Source of the DNA: Lama guanicoe
Lineage: Eukaryota
Length of the DNA stretch: 64,000 nt
NCBI GenBank assembly: GCA_013239625.1
Contig: MU057202.1
Span: 1,302,001 to 1,366,000, forward strand
Direction of reading: 5' to 3'
Position numbers and translations under genes: made by a program. Below the pieces are notes generated by a model. It was given only the letters and a program-made list of their open reading frames with translations. It did no database searches and was not told the DNA's origin. Below are positions 25,851 to 38,300 of the stretch, piece by piece (the stretch's first letter is position 1; the number at the start of each line of letters is the position of its first letter).

Positions 25851-25864
25851 CCACCAGGGGGCGC
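25851..25864 (+). promoter_or_regulatory. CTCF core motif CCACCAGGGGGCGC
   Basis: Exact match to the CTCF core consensus; occupancy unknown. Confidence 0.55.
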
Positions 25865-27059
25865 CCTGACCGCATGTGGGCAAGACCAGCGGCAGGAGCC
25901 CCGCTGGTGTCCGGAGGCCCTGCTGTTCGGGGCCACCGCACACCACACAGCTGGAGAGCAGAGAGGCAGTGAGCACCCTGCCTGGCCTGGTGCGGCCCTC
26001 CGAGCACTCGTCCCAGGCTGGCTGCAAGCCCCACAGGAGAAGTGTCTGCAGTGGGAAACCTGAGCTGGGGTTGAGACCTGGGGGTCTCTTCAGAGTCTGC
26101 GAGAAGCCCCCTGGGGCAGAATCTGCCCAGCAGACTTGACTGACTTCCTCCTTGGCATCCCAGGAGGCAGAGACACAGGGCCGGTGCGGCTTTCAGAGAT
26201 GGCCGTCAGCACGTGGGAGGACGCTGGCTCCATCTGGCTGAGTCACCCCCGAGTGTCGGGGCTTCATCCACCAGCTGTGTCCACTGCTGGCAGCTGGGCT
26301 CGTCCTGGGGTGACACCCCTCATGCACAGAGGATGTGGCGGTGTGAGGGCAGACAGTGGCGAGGTCTGCAGACATGGCTCATGTGAGGGCCTCAGGCACA
26401 GAGCAGAGCTGCCTTGATGGCCTTTGTCCCCTCTCTGCTGCCCCAGGCTGGCCCCAGCATCCAGCTCGAGTAACAGGCCAGTGGGCAGCCAGTGTGGCAG
26501 AGGCTGCCGAGCCTCGCTGGCCAGGAACAGAGTGTGCCGCTGGGAGGGCCCTGCTCCCCGAGCTGTATCCGAGTGTTCTGCGTGGTGCTCTGGGAAGGGT
26601 GCCCAGGGACTTTGCAGCAAAGGGTCAGGAGGAGGAGAGGGGTGAGCCACGCTGGCCCGAGCTCATACTGTCTTCAGAGGGTGGTGTCTGCCGCAGGCCG
26701 ACCCAAAGTGAACCCCATCATTCTGATGAGAAGGCCAAGGCCTGGGGGACTCAGCACCTGGGGAGCAGTATTTGGACCCTGGGCCGCCCTGGTATGAAGT
26801 TGTGCTGTGTGTCCTGGGCATGTGTCATTTCTGGCCACAAGCAAAGTCTGAGAGTTAAAAGCAGTAGCAAAGAGCTCTATTTGTGATGCTCCATCTGGTC
26901 AACCCCACTGGGGCCTCAGGTTGAAGACATGAGCTCAGTCACTCCTTGGAGCATCCTCTGGGCCACACCCACACCTGGTCCCTGCTTTTCTCACTGAGTC
27001 GCCCCAGTGCTGACTGGCCATCTCACCTGCCTACAGACTGGGCTGGCAGCCCAGAGTTG

Positions 27060-27126
27060 GCCCATTGTACAGATGGAGGAGCTGCAGCTCAGAGAGGTCA
27101 AGTCGTGAGCCTCAGGTCACACAGGT
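27060..27126 (-). mobile_element. MIR fragment
   Basis: cccattgtacagatggaggagctgcagctcagagaggtcaagt...aggtcacacag. Confidence 0.65.
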
Positions 27127-27479
27127 GGCAAGGATGTGCCCTGTGTGTGTCCTTCGCTGCTGCATCTTAAGCCTTTCCAAGGGGACATGGCTGGACTCAG
27201 GACGGCAAGCCCGAGTGCGTGGCCCTGGCTGGGGGAGGGGTGCCTCGGCCCCACCCCCAAGCACCCGCCACAGGGGCGCAGCGTCTGTGCTTGGTGCTGG
27301 GGTCGGGGTGGGTGCAGAGAGGGGTGGGGGCTGTCAGCTTCTGGAAGCCTGGATGCAGCCAGGGCTGGAGGGGAGAGCTGGCAGGCCCCAGACCCCGTGC
27401 CCTGCCCCTCCAGAGAGCCCGAGGGGGATGTTTGCTGGGCTTGGTGATGGGGGAGAAGGTGTGAGTTTTTTAATCCTGT

Positions 27480-27720
27480 TAATTTCTTAAGATATCATTC
27501 ACATCCCTTGAAACTGATCTTTTAAAGCATACGATTCAGTGGGTTTTCCTGCACTCAGAGTTGTGTGACCATCACCCTTAATTCCAGAACATTTTTGTCA
27601 CCCCTAAAAAGCACCCCGTCCCCACACCCTTGCCCAGCCCCGGCAGCCACGATCTGTCTCTGAGTCTGCTGTCTGGATGTCTGCCACCTGTGGGCTCGTG
27701 CAGCCCCATGACCGGCTCCC
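27480..27720 (-). mobile_element. Ancient L1 (L1MB-like) 3' end
   Basis: attcacat...ttttaaagcatacgattcagtgggtttt...agagttgtgtgaccatcacc...ccagaacatttttgtcacccc. Confidence 0.7.
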
Positions 27721-30700
27721 GCGCTCAGCCCGGTGTCTCTGGTTTTGGTGACTGGATGACCTGGCGGTTGGACAGCACCTCACACCTGACACCAACTGTG
27801 TGAGGAGGTAGACCCAGTGAGGGCTGTTCCCTCCTTAATCACGGCGGTGATGGCTAACTGAGCGCCTGTTGTGTGCCAGGCAGTCCCCCACTGCGTCCCT
27901 AGTGCAGGCCTGGCCTTTGCTCTCTGTCCATCTTGCCGCTGGACAAAACCTAGCTTTCAGCTTCTGGCTTCCTGAGTCATAAGCAGCAGAGGGGAGACTG
28001 GAAACTCCGCGAACCTGTGTCCCAAGATACCATGTCTTTCTGTGTCCCGCCCCCACTAGGCCCCACCACACCCATGTCCCCCTCCTCATAGGGAGGGAAC
28101 CAGCGCCTCTGCTGAAGGCCTCCCTCCTGTGAGGGCGAGGCCTCCTATCTCTTTAAGATGCCCCAGGATGCTGGTGTAAAACGCCCCTGTGGCCCTAGAG
28201 GAGCTAGCATCTTAGTATCTGGAGGCTGAGGTGACCCAGGACCCCATGACCAAGCCCCGGCAGCCCCGTCCTCACGGGCAGAGCGGTCCCAGTAGAGCCA
28301 GCATCGCTTCCAGACCTGGACAGGGAGATGGTGGGAGGCGGGCCTGACGGTGCAGAGGAGACAGGCGAGGCTGCGGGCCCCCATCCTGCTGTGGGGCCGT
28401 CCTGATCGGCTGCACACCGCCTGGGCTCTGGCTTCTGCCCTGGGTGCCTCCGGCTCCCCGTGACCCTCCCCGCCCCCTTCCCCCACCTGGAGGCGTCTTA
28501 CTCTGAGCCGCGAACCGCTCTCCCCTCTGCTTCCCAGGCTCTTGTCTCTCCTCACGTCGTGTCTCCGGGGTGCGGTTTAAAAATTCAGTTCCGAGCAAGG
28601 AATCTACACGCCGTGTCACTTGCTCTGCCCCCGAGAGAGGACGTGAGGAGGTGGGAATTTTACCTTTCCTGAGGCTCCAAGATACGTTCTTTCCTTCATA
28701 GCCACACGGCCCTGCTCGGCCCCCTCGGCCTGCGTGTCTGCCCCTGGGGGACTCCTGAAGGGACTGCACGCGCACGGGGACGCCTGGACCCACGCGGCCC
28801 TGTCACCCACTTCCAAGTGGGCACTCAGCCAGGCGGACACGGGTGTTGGCAGGCTCTGGTCACATCCTTGCTGTGTGTCCTGGCATGGCGCTCTCCCTCT
28901 CTGAGCTATCTTCTGTTCTCAGGGTGAGGGTAACATCCTGCCTTAAAGATACTAGTGACTGGGGGAGAACACGAGCTCCAGGCACAGCGCTGCATGCAGC
29001 AGATGAGGTCCACCAACCATGGCCACCCCGTTCCCTGCCCCCACTGCCTTCCCCCATCCCCAGCAGCACAGCCCGGGGCTCTCGCTGGGAGGGGCTGGGA
29101 GAGCAGAGTGCTGCGCATGTGTGCGTCTTGAGACCCAAATTGGCCCCATTTTGAGGGAGAACCTGTCCCGTCTGGGCAGAGGTGGGGGGTCAGCCCTGGC
29201 CGCCAGGGCAGCTGCTGCCTGTCCCGACAGCATGGGTGCTTCCAGGCCCAGGGCAGCCTCCGCCACAGACCCTCGTGCCCCTGAGACCCTCGTGCCAGAG
29301 ACCGTCGCCTTCGGTCTTTGGAGAAAGGGGGGTCTCAGGACGCGACCAGGCCCACGCTGCACGTTCTGCAAGGAGCCTTGGGCTGCAGTTTGGGTCTGAC
29401 CCCATGTTGGTGGTCCTGGTTGTACCCATGAGACCCTTTGTCAGTGCCAGGCGAGGGCTCCCCAGCTGCAGGGCAGTGTGGGAGCCCGAAGTGTCGGCCG
29501 CTGCTCAGGGAAGGTGCGTGAGACTCAGGGCCGTGCTGCCTCCCCACCCCCGGGAGCACGTAGGGCAATCCTGACCGGTTCCCCTCTGGTCCCTCTGAGG
29601 CCAGTCGCCTCTTCTGGGGGCAGAGGGGGCAGGGTGGGCTCTGGAGCCACAAGGCCTGTTTGCATCCCACATCCAGCCCTCCCAGCAGGGCGTGGGGGGT
29701 GCCGAGCGGCCTCACCGAGCTGGTCTGCCAAGAGCACAGGCACCGATTCCGCCGCCCGCCAGAGAAGTGACCCGTCAGCCCCGAGCGCGGCTGGGGGGTA
29801 GCAGGCGTCTGCTGTCTGCAGGCCTCGCCTCGCGGCTGGCTTTGCGGGTGGGTCTGGTCTCCGCTGGGCCCCCGGAGCCTCCTAGACCGAGGTCCTGTTC
29901 CTGGGAGGCCTGGGAGCACTCCCCGCTCTGTCGAGGTTGGGGGTGCAACTCTGCCCAGCAGCGGTGCCGTCACACAGCCAGCCGGAGTGAGGCGGGAGGC
30001 GGGGCTCTCCTGTTGGGCCTCCTGAAATCTGCTTCTTTTAAAGAAAATAGCTGAACAGATGAGGGGAGAAAAGATCCCGCCCGGCACGCTCAACGGCATG
30101 TGTTCTGGGTGCATGGCCGCAGGGCTTGGCAGCGCAGCACTTCCTGGGGCGTCTGCAGCCCCGTCTGTCGTGTCGCATGGGTGTGAGCGCAGGGGCGTCT
30201 TGGCACCTTGTCCTTCTCTGTCTTCCAGGCCAGGGATTTGGAGGAGAGCGAGGCCTATGGAAAGGAGCTGGGCTTGCCCTCTGCAGGGAGCCAGATGGGA
30301 GAGGAAGGGTTAGTGGGTGATGCCTGGCTCTGGGGCATTTGGACAGGACGCCTCCCCAGGCCATGTTGGTGCAACAGTGACTTCCCCTGACACCTCCCAG
30401 AAGCCCCCTCTGCCTCCCTTCGGCCCACCTTCCCCCCTTCTCCCTCGTGTACCCCCTCTCTGCCCCTCATGTACCTTCACAGGCAACACGGGAACCCACC
30501 ATCCTCCCAGCCCCCGTCCTGCTCACTGTCAAATAATTGGCCCCTGAAAACGCATCTCGTGATAAAGATCACCCTTGCCTTTGCTGGCTGGGGCTTAGTG
30601 ACCATCACATGATGGTGCGCTGGGGACAGGAGCGTACCGCTGGCTGGAGGCATGAGGCGGGGTGAGAGCTCCACGGACAGCGTGGTGGGTGGACAGGGCC

Positions 30701-32359
30701 CCGGCTGCTCCGACCGTGGAGAGGCTGGCAGGCCGGTCGGGAGTGCCCCGGGCCAGGGAGGGAAGCAGGCCTGTGCAGCCTGTGGGGCTCTTTCCCAGGG
30801 GTTCTCCCTGAGCTGTAGGTTGGTGGAGCCATCGACCTTTGTGCGGCCGAGGGCAGCCCTGTGCACACCGAGTGCCCGGCTGGCCCCTCTGCCAGGCCTG
30901 TGGGGAGTCCAGGGGGCTCTCACCCCACTCCCTGCCTCCGTGGGCTGGCGGTGGGGACTTCGTCTCTGTGCTTCTCATGTGGTTGTGTCTGAGGGTCGCA
31001 GGTGGCTGCCTGCGCTGCTGCTTGGTCCCCACCCCAGACCTGTCACGGCCACCTGCAGCCGGCACCCCAGCTGTCCCTGCGGCGTGGGCCTCTCCAGCCC
31101 TGCGAAGCCTGGAGTGACTCCGGCCACAGGAGTGGGCATCTCAGGAAGGTGTCCCAAGGGTCCAGTTTCAGGAAACACATCAGGTCGTCACTGTCCATCA
31201 TCTGCTCTCTGTCCCTGCCCTGAGTGAGGTGGCCTGACTCACTCTGCAGTGTGCCAGGGATGCAGGGTGCGTGCGGTGTGACTGAGGCCTGGCCTTGCCC
31301 CACCACCACCACCCACCAGTGTGCCAGGCAGGGGTGGTCCTGGCACAGAAGTCCTTGTTAAGGGCATCCAGTAGGTGCTTAACGGCTGTTTGCATGGCTG
31401 GTCGAGCAGGCATCTAGGAAGTCCATGGGCGTCTGTGTTGTTGTAGTTTTATTTCCAGCCTCCGTCCTGCTCCCCTTGCCACGATGTTGGGGTCTCAGCT
31501 GTTAATTACATGTGCCCAGGCGGCCTCGGGCGCTAATCCGTGAGGTCAGATGACAGAGGTGACGCCCTGCCGCCTGTCATCTCCCATCCACATGCGTCTT
31601 GCTGACTCTGGCCGCATACCGCCAGTTAATTACTGCCTTCGCAGCCGCTCTGAGAACGGGGGTCTGGCCGATCACGCTAATTGGCGGGTGCATGGTAAGG
31701 GATCGATCTGGCTGCGGAGTGACAGCCTGTCCGGCCCACCCCCAAGGGGTGAGGCTGCTAATTGCCCGAGGCCTCCGCGGGCAGGCACACCTGGCCCCTG
31801 GGCTCCCGGTCTCTCGCTGGCCCCTCCTGCTTCCTCACTCCCCCGCATTTAGAAATGAGGTGGATCGGAGAGACCGAGCTAATGGCACGGGGGCGGAGGC
31901 TGGGAGGGTGGGCTGAGAGGTGGCAGGGCGCAGCCAGGTGGGAGCCAGGTGGCCCTGGGTCCCCACATGCACATGGTGTGACCCCTGAGCCGTCAGACTC
32001 TCCTGGTTGCGAGGCCCCAGGGACTGCAGCAGGCGGGGCTCTGAAAGGTCTGCTCTCAGCCTCCCCTCCCTCTGCCTGGTCCCTTAAGGAGCAGAGCCCC
32101 CTGACCTTGACTCCAGCTTTTCCTCCAGGCACTGCAACCTCTGTCTTGACTGCTGGGGGCTCTTGTGTTTGTTTTTGTTTGTTTCTTTACTTTTTTAACT
32201 TCACAGTACTTTCGTCCCTCCACAAGCATAGTTTCCACAGGGCAGTCCGGGGTGCAGGCCGGGCACACAGTAGGTCCTCCAAGGCGTCCATGCACCTGGG
32301 GCTGAGGGTGGGGGGAGTGTGAGCAGCAGTCAGGGTAGGACCCTCCCCAGGAGCCCAGA

Positions 32360-32795
32360 GGTGGACACACCCCAGTGTCCACGGACAGATGACCAGTTGA
32401 ACAAAATGCAGTCCATCCGTATGGTGGGATATTAGTCGGCCAGGAAAAGGAATGATATCCTGACTCGGGCGTCCCTGTACACGAGCCATGGAGGTATCAT
32501 GCTGAGAGGACAAAGCCGGGCCCAACAGGCCATGAAATTCCGTTTCCATGAAATGTCCAGAAGAGGCAGATTTATGGGGACAGAGAGCAGGTGGGTGGTT
32601 GCCAAGAGCTGGCAGAGATGACAGGGACTGCTGATGGGGACAGGGTTTCTCTTTGGGGAGAAGGAGAGGTTCGAGTGTTGACTGGTGCTGGTGGCACGGC
32701 TGTGAATGTACTAAAAACTAGTGAATTGCGTACTTGATGTGGGTGAGCGTCAGACGAGAGAGTTACAGCTCAGTAAAGCCATCATGACCAAAAAA
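32360..32795 (+). mobile_element. Ancient L1 (L1MB-like) 3' end
   Basis: aacaaaatgcagtccatcc...aaaaggaatga...gaaatgtccagaagaggcaga...gtggttgcca...cagggtttct...tgtgaatgtactaaa. Confidence 0.75.
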
Positions 32796-34858
32796 AGAGC
32801 AGTAGGAATTCCATGGAAGTTCCTTTTTTAAAGAGAAAGATTTCTCGCCTGGTTTCCCCCCGCTTCTCCTGACATTTAAATTGAGACTATTACCAAAATC
32901 TAAGTGTCTGCGGGAAAGTACATAGACCGTAAGTGTCCGGCAAGGCGGATTTTCAGAGTGAACCACGTCTGATCAGGAAACGGTGAGGCCCTGGCCACCA
33001 TTCTGCCCGCACTGGGTACAGCATCTGGATCCCATTTTTTGTCTTCCTCGCTCAGTGGGATTTGTGCCACCCACCTGCATGGCTGGGGGCTCTGGTGGCT
33101 TTTTACTGCCCCCCCCAGGGGCCCCCGTTCTGAGTTTCCCTTTGGAGCTGCTGGGCCTGTGTCTTTGGTGGATGGCAGCCAGGTCCCCGGGCAAGGGGTT
33201 ACCTGGCCCTGGTGTGGGCAGAGATGGTGCTTTGGAAGATGTACCCAGTGTCCCCAGGTTGAGCAAACCTGGTGAGAGAGCAGGGATGCCCTGTGCTGAC
33301 TTGTGATGGATGGCAGCGGCCAGCTCCACGCCCCAGGGCTGGCCGGGTCAGCCGAGACCCGCCTCTTGCTGCTGTCCCGAGGCTGGCTTCTCATCTGCTT
33401 GTCAGGTGTAGCTTGTTTCAAAATCTTGGGGGCTGCCCCCCTGGGAAAGGAAGGTGGCCTTGTTGTCTGCCATTGGCTGTCTGTGGGCAGTAATGACATC
33501 TGACCCAGAGCCACGGAGCTTGCCCCAGCCACTGGGCGGCATGGCTGGGACTTGGACCCAGGGCTCGGTCTCAGTGGTTGGCCCTGGCCACTTTGGGGTT
33601 GCAGAACTGCTGGTGCATGGGCTGAGGTTAGCGAGTCCATCTGGGGAGTTGAGTCACACCTCAGGGGCAGCAGCCTTCAGGTGACGGCTCACTGTCCTTG
33701 TTGCCAGACGCTGATGGGTGGGAGCTGGGAGTGAGGGGGTGCCTGGACTTGGTGGTGTTCCCGCGGTCGCCGAGCAGCTCGGCTGGGGGCAGATCTGGCT
33801 GGACCTGGTGTCTCTTCGTGGGGCTGCCCTGCACAGTGTGTGAGCCACGCACAAGCCTAGGGAGTCACACTGGAGCTGCCCAGCCGGGAGCACCCTGGCC
33901 AGGGCAGAGCTCTGTCCAGACAGCTGTGGGCCCTCAGCATCCGTGCTGGCCCCGTCTTCCTCCCCCACCCCCAGGGTTGCAGGAGCCCCCAGTGGGCCCC
34001 CTCAGAGGGCAGTATTTGCAAGATGGGGGTCCTCTGTAGCCAGATCCGCCCAGATCAAGGCTGGCATCCACCCCAAATCAAAGCCATAGGAGGAGTGTTC
34101 AGGTCCCAGTGCCTCCACCTCTGGCCACGTGAGCCCACGCAGCCCCTGTGACTGTGGGCAAACGTGGTGCCTAGAATTTGTTGAAGCTGTGCCGTGGAAT
34201 AAAGTCCCCTATTTGGCCTGCCCCAGACACAGGGCCCCGGGAGCTCTCCGTGGCTCTCAGACGAGGTGGGGTTTGCCTTGGGTCTGTGTCGCGGACCTGC
34301 GTGCCAGAGGGGCTTCTGTGTGAGTATGTGCGGGGGTCCCTTCCACCCCCAGGCTGCAGCCCAAAACAGTGCAGGGTGTGGGTATGCCCACAACTGAACC
34401 TCGTTGGGCCTGGGTGTGGCTCTCAGGAAGCCACCCCAAACAGCAGAGCTCCAGGGGCCACTCTGCTACCCCTCTGCCAGGATATGCCTCAGTCACGGAC
34501 CAGAGACACGGCAGGAGGCATCGGGGCGAGCCTGGTGCCTGCTGGGCTTGGGGGCGCTGACGCACCCGGACCCTGTCACCCCTTCCTCACACACGGCCCC
34601 TCCTCTCCGCCCCTTGTGCTGCTGGCCAGCTTGGCTTAATATGGGTGCCTTCTTTCTTGGGACCCAAGATGAATTCCTCCCCACCCCCAGGGCCCTGCCC
34701 TTCCCTCCCCACCCGCCCCCGCCACCCTCTGGAACTGCCAGGAACTAAACTGACCCCTGCCAGCCTGGAAGCCCCCAGGCCTCCCTGGGGGGGCCACACA
34801 TGGGAGTGATGCTTGGGGCGGGGACACCTGTTCAAGCTACTGTGTCTTTCTCCCGCAG

Positions 34859-35058
34859 GGTCTTCACTGAGCAGCGAGTCATCCCCCGTGTCCTCTCCAG
34901 CCACCAACCACAGCTCCCCCGCCAGTACGCCCAAGCGTGTGCCCATGGGCCCCATCATCGTCCCCCCCGGGGGCCACAGCGTCCCCAGCACACCCCCCGT
35001 AGTGACCATCGCCCCCACCAAGACCGTCAACGGCGTCTGGAGGAGTGAGAGCCGGCAG
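34859..35058 (+). CDS. GSE1: GSE1 exon 3 ([13 protein letters not shown]...VWRSESRQ)
   Basis: tctttctcccgcag| acceptor; CAG|gtgagt donor; 200 nt, phase 1 to 0. Confidence 0.96.
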
Positions 35059-35144
35059 GTGAGTGCAGGGTGTGCGGGTGGCGGCCAGATACGGCCACAG
35101 GCCCTGGGAAGGCGGCCTTCCGCAGAGCAGGCCTGGATTTGGGG

Positions 35145-35355
35145 TTGAAGCCTCTCCCTGAGTCCTCACGTGGTCGCCTTCTGTGCGTATGTCTGTGTCC
35201 TGGTCTCTTCCTAGAAGGACAGCAGTCCTGTTGGGTCGGGGCCCACCCTAGTGACCTCGTTTTAACTTAATCACCTCTTCAAAGATCCTGTGTCCAAGTA
35301 GGGCCACTTTCCAAGGTCCTGAGGGTTAGGACTCAGCCTCATGAATCTGGGGTAG
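35145..35355 (-). mobile_element. MLT1 (MaLR) LTR fragment
   Basis: gggcccaccctagtgacctcgttttaacttaatcacctcttcaaagatcctgtgtccaa...gagggttaggactcagc is a characteristic MLT1 segment. Confidence 0.75.
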
Positions 35356-38300
35356 ACTCAAAGCTTGAAACGGTGTTTGCGCAGCGTAAGCACGTGGTGA
35401 ACAGTAGCTGTTGTTATTTATTGCACACACAGGGTTGAAGCAGCGAAAATGCCAGCCCGTATTTTCACAGGTCACGTTTTCCTGTTTCTGTCTTAACTTC
35501 TGGCACCTGCCCACCCCAGGAGGCCCTTTCCCACACTTGGGGGTCCCCAGATGTGCCCTGCCCAGGTGACCTGGTTGAGCAGGCGTCAGTGGCCTTGGGA
35601 GCAGTTCTCAGTACCGGCCCTGGGGCTGAGCCCGGCCAGCCTCCACCCGCCCCAGCTCCCAGATGCTCCCAGCCTGCAGGGGCCTTTCCTGATTAAGAAC
35701 CCTAGCGCTGCACTTCTCTCCTGGATTTTTCTGCCGAGTTCCCAGAGGGATAGCACCACTTGGAAATACTAATTAAACCACAAAGAAAGTGGAGGAAGCG
35801 GTGGGGGGGACCTCTCACCTCACCCCATCCCTGCTCTCTGCCCTGCTGGCTCCGGTTGGGGGACGGGCACCAGGGCCCCACCTGGTCATCACTCAGGGTC
35901 TCTTTGCCCTGGAGGTTGGAGGAGCCAGCCTCCATCCACAGAGGTGGATCCCTGGATTCCTGGAAATAGGCCAGTACCCCCAGCTGAGTGTGGCCCTAGC
36001 TTGACCCCTACATCTGAGGTGACGGGCCTTCCCAGATGGTCACTTGGCCACGGCTCCATGCCCACCCAGAGGCTGCTCTCCTGGCTTTGTTGCAGTTGGG
36101 AGACGGGGCGGCAGGGCTGGGCCTGGCGGGCGGGTCCCGGCCTGAGCCCCCCCAGTCCTGGTTTGAGGGCGAGGACAAGAGGTCTTCGCCAGAGCCTCCT
36201 GCCTCCAGAGGGTCCCCTGGCCCCCTAGCAGTCAGCCTTGACCGCAGGACCCTGACCTCGTGACCCTCCTGACTCACTGGGCCCAGGTGGGTTCTGGGTC
36301 CTGATGCGTCTCTGGGTCAGCCCTGGCTGGTGACGGTGCCCATGGCCCGAATCCTCCCTGTGGTCCTGCACACGGCAGCTGCCCTTCGAGACCCAGGAGC
36401 CTCCCAGCTGTCTCCCTCCTGGATGCTCACATGCCTTCGCTGTGGGCCTCCTACCCCCCAGCCTGGCCCTCCCTCCTCAGGGGTCCTGACTGCCTTAGAA
36501 ACACTCAGTAACCCCAGAGGAAGGGCCGTGGTGGGTCTGCCCCGCCGTTTACTGAGCCGGCAGTTCATGAAACACTGATGCCACCAGGGAGGGCGAGGGG
36601 GACAGAGCTGGATTAGCGGATGATGTACGGCTTGTTAGCTCCCGCACAAAGGCTCAGCGGAGAATTTAATCCTCCTGGGGAGGGGAGACGTGAGGACAGG
36701 AGAGGGAGTCGCTTCCTAAAGTCCTGGCACGTGAGTCACGGGGGTGGAGCTCCTGTGCGGCAGGGAGTCATGGGGGGCCTCGGGGCCTCTGTGCCGGGGT
36801 CACCGGTATTTCCCGGGTAGTGGGAGCCATGAGAGGACAGATGAAATGACAAATAGTCTGTTTTAAAGCTCACAGGGCATGTCTGCCCGTCTGCCTGTGG
36901 AACCCTTCCTAATCACCAGAGAATGAAGGGTTCTCCCGCTCCCCCGTCCTCCCTCCTTCCATCTCTCCAGCTGCGCCTGAGGCCGCCCGCCACTCAGAAG
37001 CGAGAGCCGCCCACCGATGCCCCAAGGTGCAGGCCTGGCCGCCGCCGTCGGGGGCCTTGGGGGGGCCAGCTGAGCCTCCCAGGCCTGGCCAGGACTGAGG
37101 GGTGCTGCCCCAGCCCATCCTCCTGACCTCGTTCCCAGGTGCCTGTCACAAGCTTGGCAGGGCGCCAGCCAGACGGGAGACGCGTGGGTCTGGCACTGGA
37201 CTCCCTGCCCGCTGGCCCTCCCCGCCCCCGGCCCCCCCGGCTCTGTATTTGTCCCCAGCTAGCCGGGAAGGTGCCATCTGGCCCAGCTGCCTTCAGGCAG
37301 GGCTTTGTCCCGCCAAGGGTTGCGGGGGGCTTCTGAGGATGTCTCTGGGCTGGGGGCGGTGGTGCATCCGGGCCCTTCCTCTGTGGCAGGGGCTGCCTGG
37401 GCCCCCCCCCCATTGGATTTAGCAAACACAGTCAGAAGCATGGGGAAGGGGGTGATGGCCTGGTTTGCCTAGAGCTTCTCCCCAGATTTTATCCTCGAAT
37501 TGAGGTCCCCTTCCAAGGACTCTGCTGTCCTGGGCTGAGGGTAGAGCTCCTTGGCCGCTGTCTCCCAGCCACTCCTGCCCGAGGCGGAGGTGGGGCCTCG
37601 CTGCCAGTGTGGAGGCAGAGCCCAGGCCACCCGGCCCGTCGATCAGCGCAGCATTTGTCAGGGGAGCTGCACTGGTACCTGGGGGCCCTCAGGCTCCAGC
37701 TGCTGTGTCCCCTTCTGGAGAATGTCTCAGGGCCATGCTGTTCCTTGTTTAGTCCACCCCAGACTTTGGGCAAAGGGCCTCTCCACCCCACAGTGGCCCC
37801 TGTGAGGGGCAGTCAGCCCTGTGCTGGTGCCGGTGGAGGGAGGGGTGTGGGGGGAGCCCAGTGCTGATGTGGGAACAGCCCCTTGGATGAGGAGCACAAG
37901 GAGGGGGCTCGGCTCGGTGGTGCGGCTGCCATGCACGCCCCGCTTCCCCCTTACGTCTGTCTGCACGCTGTCCCCTCTGCTCTGTGAGGGCTGCTGTGAT
38001 GGCCCATCTGACAGCCAGGGAAACCGAGGAGCAGGCACTTGCAGGACCCGTCCTGGGTCTTCAGGACCAGACCACAGTCCACCCTGCGCCTGGCCCAGCC
38101 CGTGTAGGCGTCTCCTGAAATCGGGAGGTGGGAGTTCTGGGCTCCCTGCCCTGACCCGGGATTGGTGCGCCTGTGTGCCCCACCCTTGACACCTGCCTCG
38201 TGAGCACCCCTCCTGGGAAGGGCAAGTCGGGGTTCACGCACTGCAAGGACCCCGCCGGGAGACTGGAGGGGTTGTGCTGACGCGCGGGAAGGGAACAGAT

